NCBI GenBank assembly: GCA_963747035.1
Contig: CAVVDL010000010.1
Span: forward strand, 1,851-65,850
Reading direction: 5' to 3'
DNA length: 64,000 nucleotides
DNA from: an uncultured Gammaproteobacteria bacterium
GTDB lineage: Bacteria; Pseudomonadota; Gammaproteobacteria; Steroidobacterales; Steroidobacteraceae
A program made the position numbers and the translations under genes. The notes under the pieces were generated by a model. The model saw only the letters and a list, made by a program, of their open reading frames with translations. It was not told the origin of the DNA and made no database searches. This document shows, piece by piece, positions 61,999 to 64,000 of this stretch; positions within the stretch are counted from its first letter, which is position 1, and the number at the start of each line of letters is the position of its first letter.

Positions 61999-64000
61999 GG
62001 TCGTTCCCCGGTGTCGCATTCGGCGAGCAGAGCGCGGACCGCCGCCGCGCTCTCGAGCGTGAGTGCGCGCTCCGCGAGTGCGCGGCATTCGGCGAGCGTG
62101 CGCCGCCGCACGGCGTCCTTGATCGCCGGGATCGCGCCAGGAACCGCGGAGAGTTCGCCGACACCGAGCCCGACGAGGAGCGGGGCGGCGAACGATTCAG
62201 ATGCGAGCCCGCCGCAGACGGCGACGCCGCGTCCGGCCCCGCGGGCTGCCGAAGCTACAAGCTCGATCAGGTGGAGCACGACGGGATGCATCGCGTCGAG
62301 GCTGTCGGCGAGCAGCGGGTGCGTGCGGTCAATCGCAAAAGCGTACTGCGTGAGGTCATTGGTGCCGATCGAGAAGAAATCGGCGTGCGCCGCGAGGCGG
62401 GCCGCAGTGATGGCAGCGGCCGGAGTCTCGACCATGATGCCGACGGGAATGTCTGCATTCCCGTGCAATCCGGGTGCGATCTCGCGGATCATCGCACGCA
62501 CCGCCTCGATTTCCGCGGGTTCGTTGACCATCGGCAACAGGATGCGGCAGCGGTTCGCGGGCCGCACCGACAGGATCGCCGTGATCTGCGCGCGCAGGTG
62601 CTCCGGACGCCACAGGCTCGCGCGGATGCCGCGCAGGCCGAGCGCGGGGTTGTCCTGGGCGGGCATGGCGAGGAATGGAATCGGCTTGTCGCTGCCGGCA
62701 TCAAGCGTGCGCACGACGACGGGCCGGCCGGAGAACGTGTCGACCACCGCCTGGTATTGCGCCAACTGATCGGATATCTCCGGCGGCTCGAGCCGGTCCA
62801 GGAACAGGAATTCGGTGCGCAGCAGGCCGCAGCCTTCGGCCCCCGAGGCGACCGCTGCCGCCGCCTCGGCGGTCGATCCGACATTCGCGAAGACCTCGAT
62901 GCGCTCGCCGTCTGCCGTGCGGCAGTCGAGCGCGGCGGCCGTCCGCAGGCGCGCGCGGCTGCGACTGCGCGCCGCGATGCGCGACTCCACTTCCGCGACT
63001 TCCGGCGCGCCGGGCGCGACCGCCACGCGGCCTTGTTCGGCGTCGACCAGCAGCTGCGTCCCGTCGGGCAACGAGAGCAGCTGCGCATCGACGCCGGCGA
63101 GCATCGGGATGCCGCTCGCGCCGGCCAGGATTGCGACATGCGAAGTCGCAGCACGGCTCACCGTGCAGATTCCTGCGATGCGGGCGGCGTCGAGCGCGAG
63201 GAACTGGGAGGGCAGCAGGTCACGGGCGACGAGGATCGCGCCCGCGGGGAGCACGACCGGTGCGGGTTCGGCGGATCCCGCGAGGGTTTCGAGCAGTTGC
63301 AGTTCGAGGTCGCGCAGGTCGTCGGCCCGTGCCGCGAGATGTCCGTCATCGAGCGACCCAAGGACGCCCACGGCTTCACTGATCGCCGCGCGCCATGCGT
63401 AGCCGGCGCCCTTGCCCTGGGCGACGTGGCGATAGGCAGCGGCCAGCAGCTCGGGGTCCTCCAGGAACTCGAGGTGTGCCCCGACGATTCCTGCACCTGC
63501 GCCGCCGTCCGCGGGCGCAAGCCGGAGGAGCTTCGCCGCGAGGCGCATGCGCGCAGCGTCGAATCGCTCCATTTCCACCGTCGCACCCGCACCCTGTTCG
63601 GGAACCACGGGCTCGCCGCGCGCAATCCGCACGGCGGGGCCGAGCGCGAGTCCCTCGGAGGCGACGACCGGACGGGACGTTGACCGCCGCGGCGCATTCG
63701 AGCCGCGAGGGCCTACGGCCGGGCCAGCGCCCGTATGCGCGGCAGCGCGTGCGAGCGCCTGCTCGAGCGCACCCGGCACGATTGCAGCGTCGGCGCCGTG
63801 TGCCGAGAGTTCGAGAACGTCGCCGCGCCGCGCGCCGAGCGTGAGCAGGGCAACGGCGCTTCGCGCGTTGGCAGTTTTCCCGCGCAAGGACAGCGAGACC
63901 TCGGCGCGCAGGCTCTTCAGGCCCTGCGCGAGGATCGCTGCGGGCCGTGCATGCAAACCGTGCGGCAGCGCGATCGTCAGCGTTGCCCGCGTCTCCGTGC
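61995..64000 (-). CDS. multiphosphoryl transfer protein: HPr domain + enzyme I (PEP-protein phosphotransferase); N-terminus outside the window
   Basis: The frame stays open to the window end (..TLTIALPHGLHARPAAILAQ.. is the HPr His motif). EI motifs are ATSHVAILA, GTNDLTQY and VAVCGGLASE. Its stop overlaps the nagE ATG (ATGA at 61995-61998). Confidence 0.85.
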   Translation of the reverse strand, partial: TETRATLTIALPHGLHARPAAILAQGLKSLRAEVSLSLRGKTANARSAVALLTLGARRGDVLELSAHGADAAIVPGALEQALARAAAHTGAGPAVGPRGSNAPRRSTSRPVVASEGLALGPAVRIARGEPVVPEQGAGATVEMERFDAARMRLAAKLLRLAPADGGAGAGIVGAHLEFLEDPELLAAAYRHVAQGKGAGYAWRAAISEAVGVLGSLDDGHLAARADDLRDLELQLLETLAGSAEPAPVVLPAGAILVARDLLPSQFLALDAARIAGICTVSRAATSHVAILAGASGIPMLAGVDAQLLSLPDGTQLLVDAEQGRVAVAPGAPEVAEVESRIAARSRSRARLRTAAALDCRTADGERIEVFANVGSTAEAAAAVASGAEGCGLLRTEFLFLDRLEPPEISDQLAQYQAVVDTFSGRPVVVRTLDAGSDKPIPFLAMPAQDNPALGLRGIRASLWRPEHLRAQITAILSVRPANRCRILLPMVNEPAEIEAVRAMIREIAPGLHGNADIPVGIMVETPAAAITAARLAAHADFFSIGTNDLTQYAFAIDRTHPLLADSLDAMHPVVLHLIELVASAARGAGRGVAVCGGLASESFAAPLLVGLGVGELSAVPGAIPAIKDAVRRRTLAECRALAERALTLESAAAVRALLAECDTGERP

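Overview
The window is high-GC DNA, roughly two-thirds G+C by eye. The first ~2.4 kb and the stretch ~53.3-54.2 kb look lower. It comes from a Gram-negative, probably proteobacterial, chromosome. The supporting genes are two TonB-dependent receptors, a TRAP transporter, a NagE-type PTS and a GstA-like GST. I found no rRNA, tRNA, CRISPR array, transposase, integrase or phage gene.

The coding content is dominated by secreted or periplasmic peptide- and amide-bond hydrolases:
- three beta-lactamase-fold serine hydrolases
- two M19 dipeptidases
- a D-aminoacylase
- two other amidohydrolases
- S9, S15 and S51 peptidases
- an M49-like peptidase

The most system-like part is a ~10.4 kb co-directional minus-strand block (3872-14270):
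- Its genes are serine hydrolase > dipeptide epimerase > M19 dipeptidase > TonB-dependent receptor > DUF1611 > YkvI-like permease > serine hydrolase.
- A divergent XRE-cupin regulator sits next to it.
- Two of its promoters share a conserved spacer.
- I read it as a candidate scavenging locus for peptides containing D-amino acids.

A second DUF1611 gene lies divergent from a serine hydrolase / D-aminoacylase / S9 peptidase operon (28.2-34.2 kb).

Other modules in the window:
- HxlR + GstA
- a tandemly duplicated small secreted-protein cassette
- GltS + class-V aminotransferase
- a methyltransferase-like / MTHFR-like / PhyH operon
- a DUF1111 di-heme protein + DoxX
- NfeD + SPFH
- a 10-TM PAS-GGDEF-EAL protein
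- a DUF2946-like gene + an outer-membrane barrel with an N-terminal CxxCxC motif
- pirin-OsmC-pirin
- a TatT-type TRAP transporter
- nagE with an HPr-EI multiphosphoryl protein (cut by the window end)

Major caveat: about half of the genes need one or more +/-1 frame changes to be read. My hand estimate is 55-60 changes in 64 kb, distributed very unevenly. At four junctions checked by hand, deleting one base from a G/C triplet restores the frame. I therefore suspect assembly indels rather than true gene decay. I have still typed these loci as pseudogene, because that is what the sequence shows. All family calls come from motif recognition by eye, with no database search.
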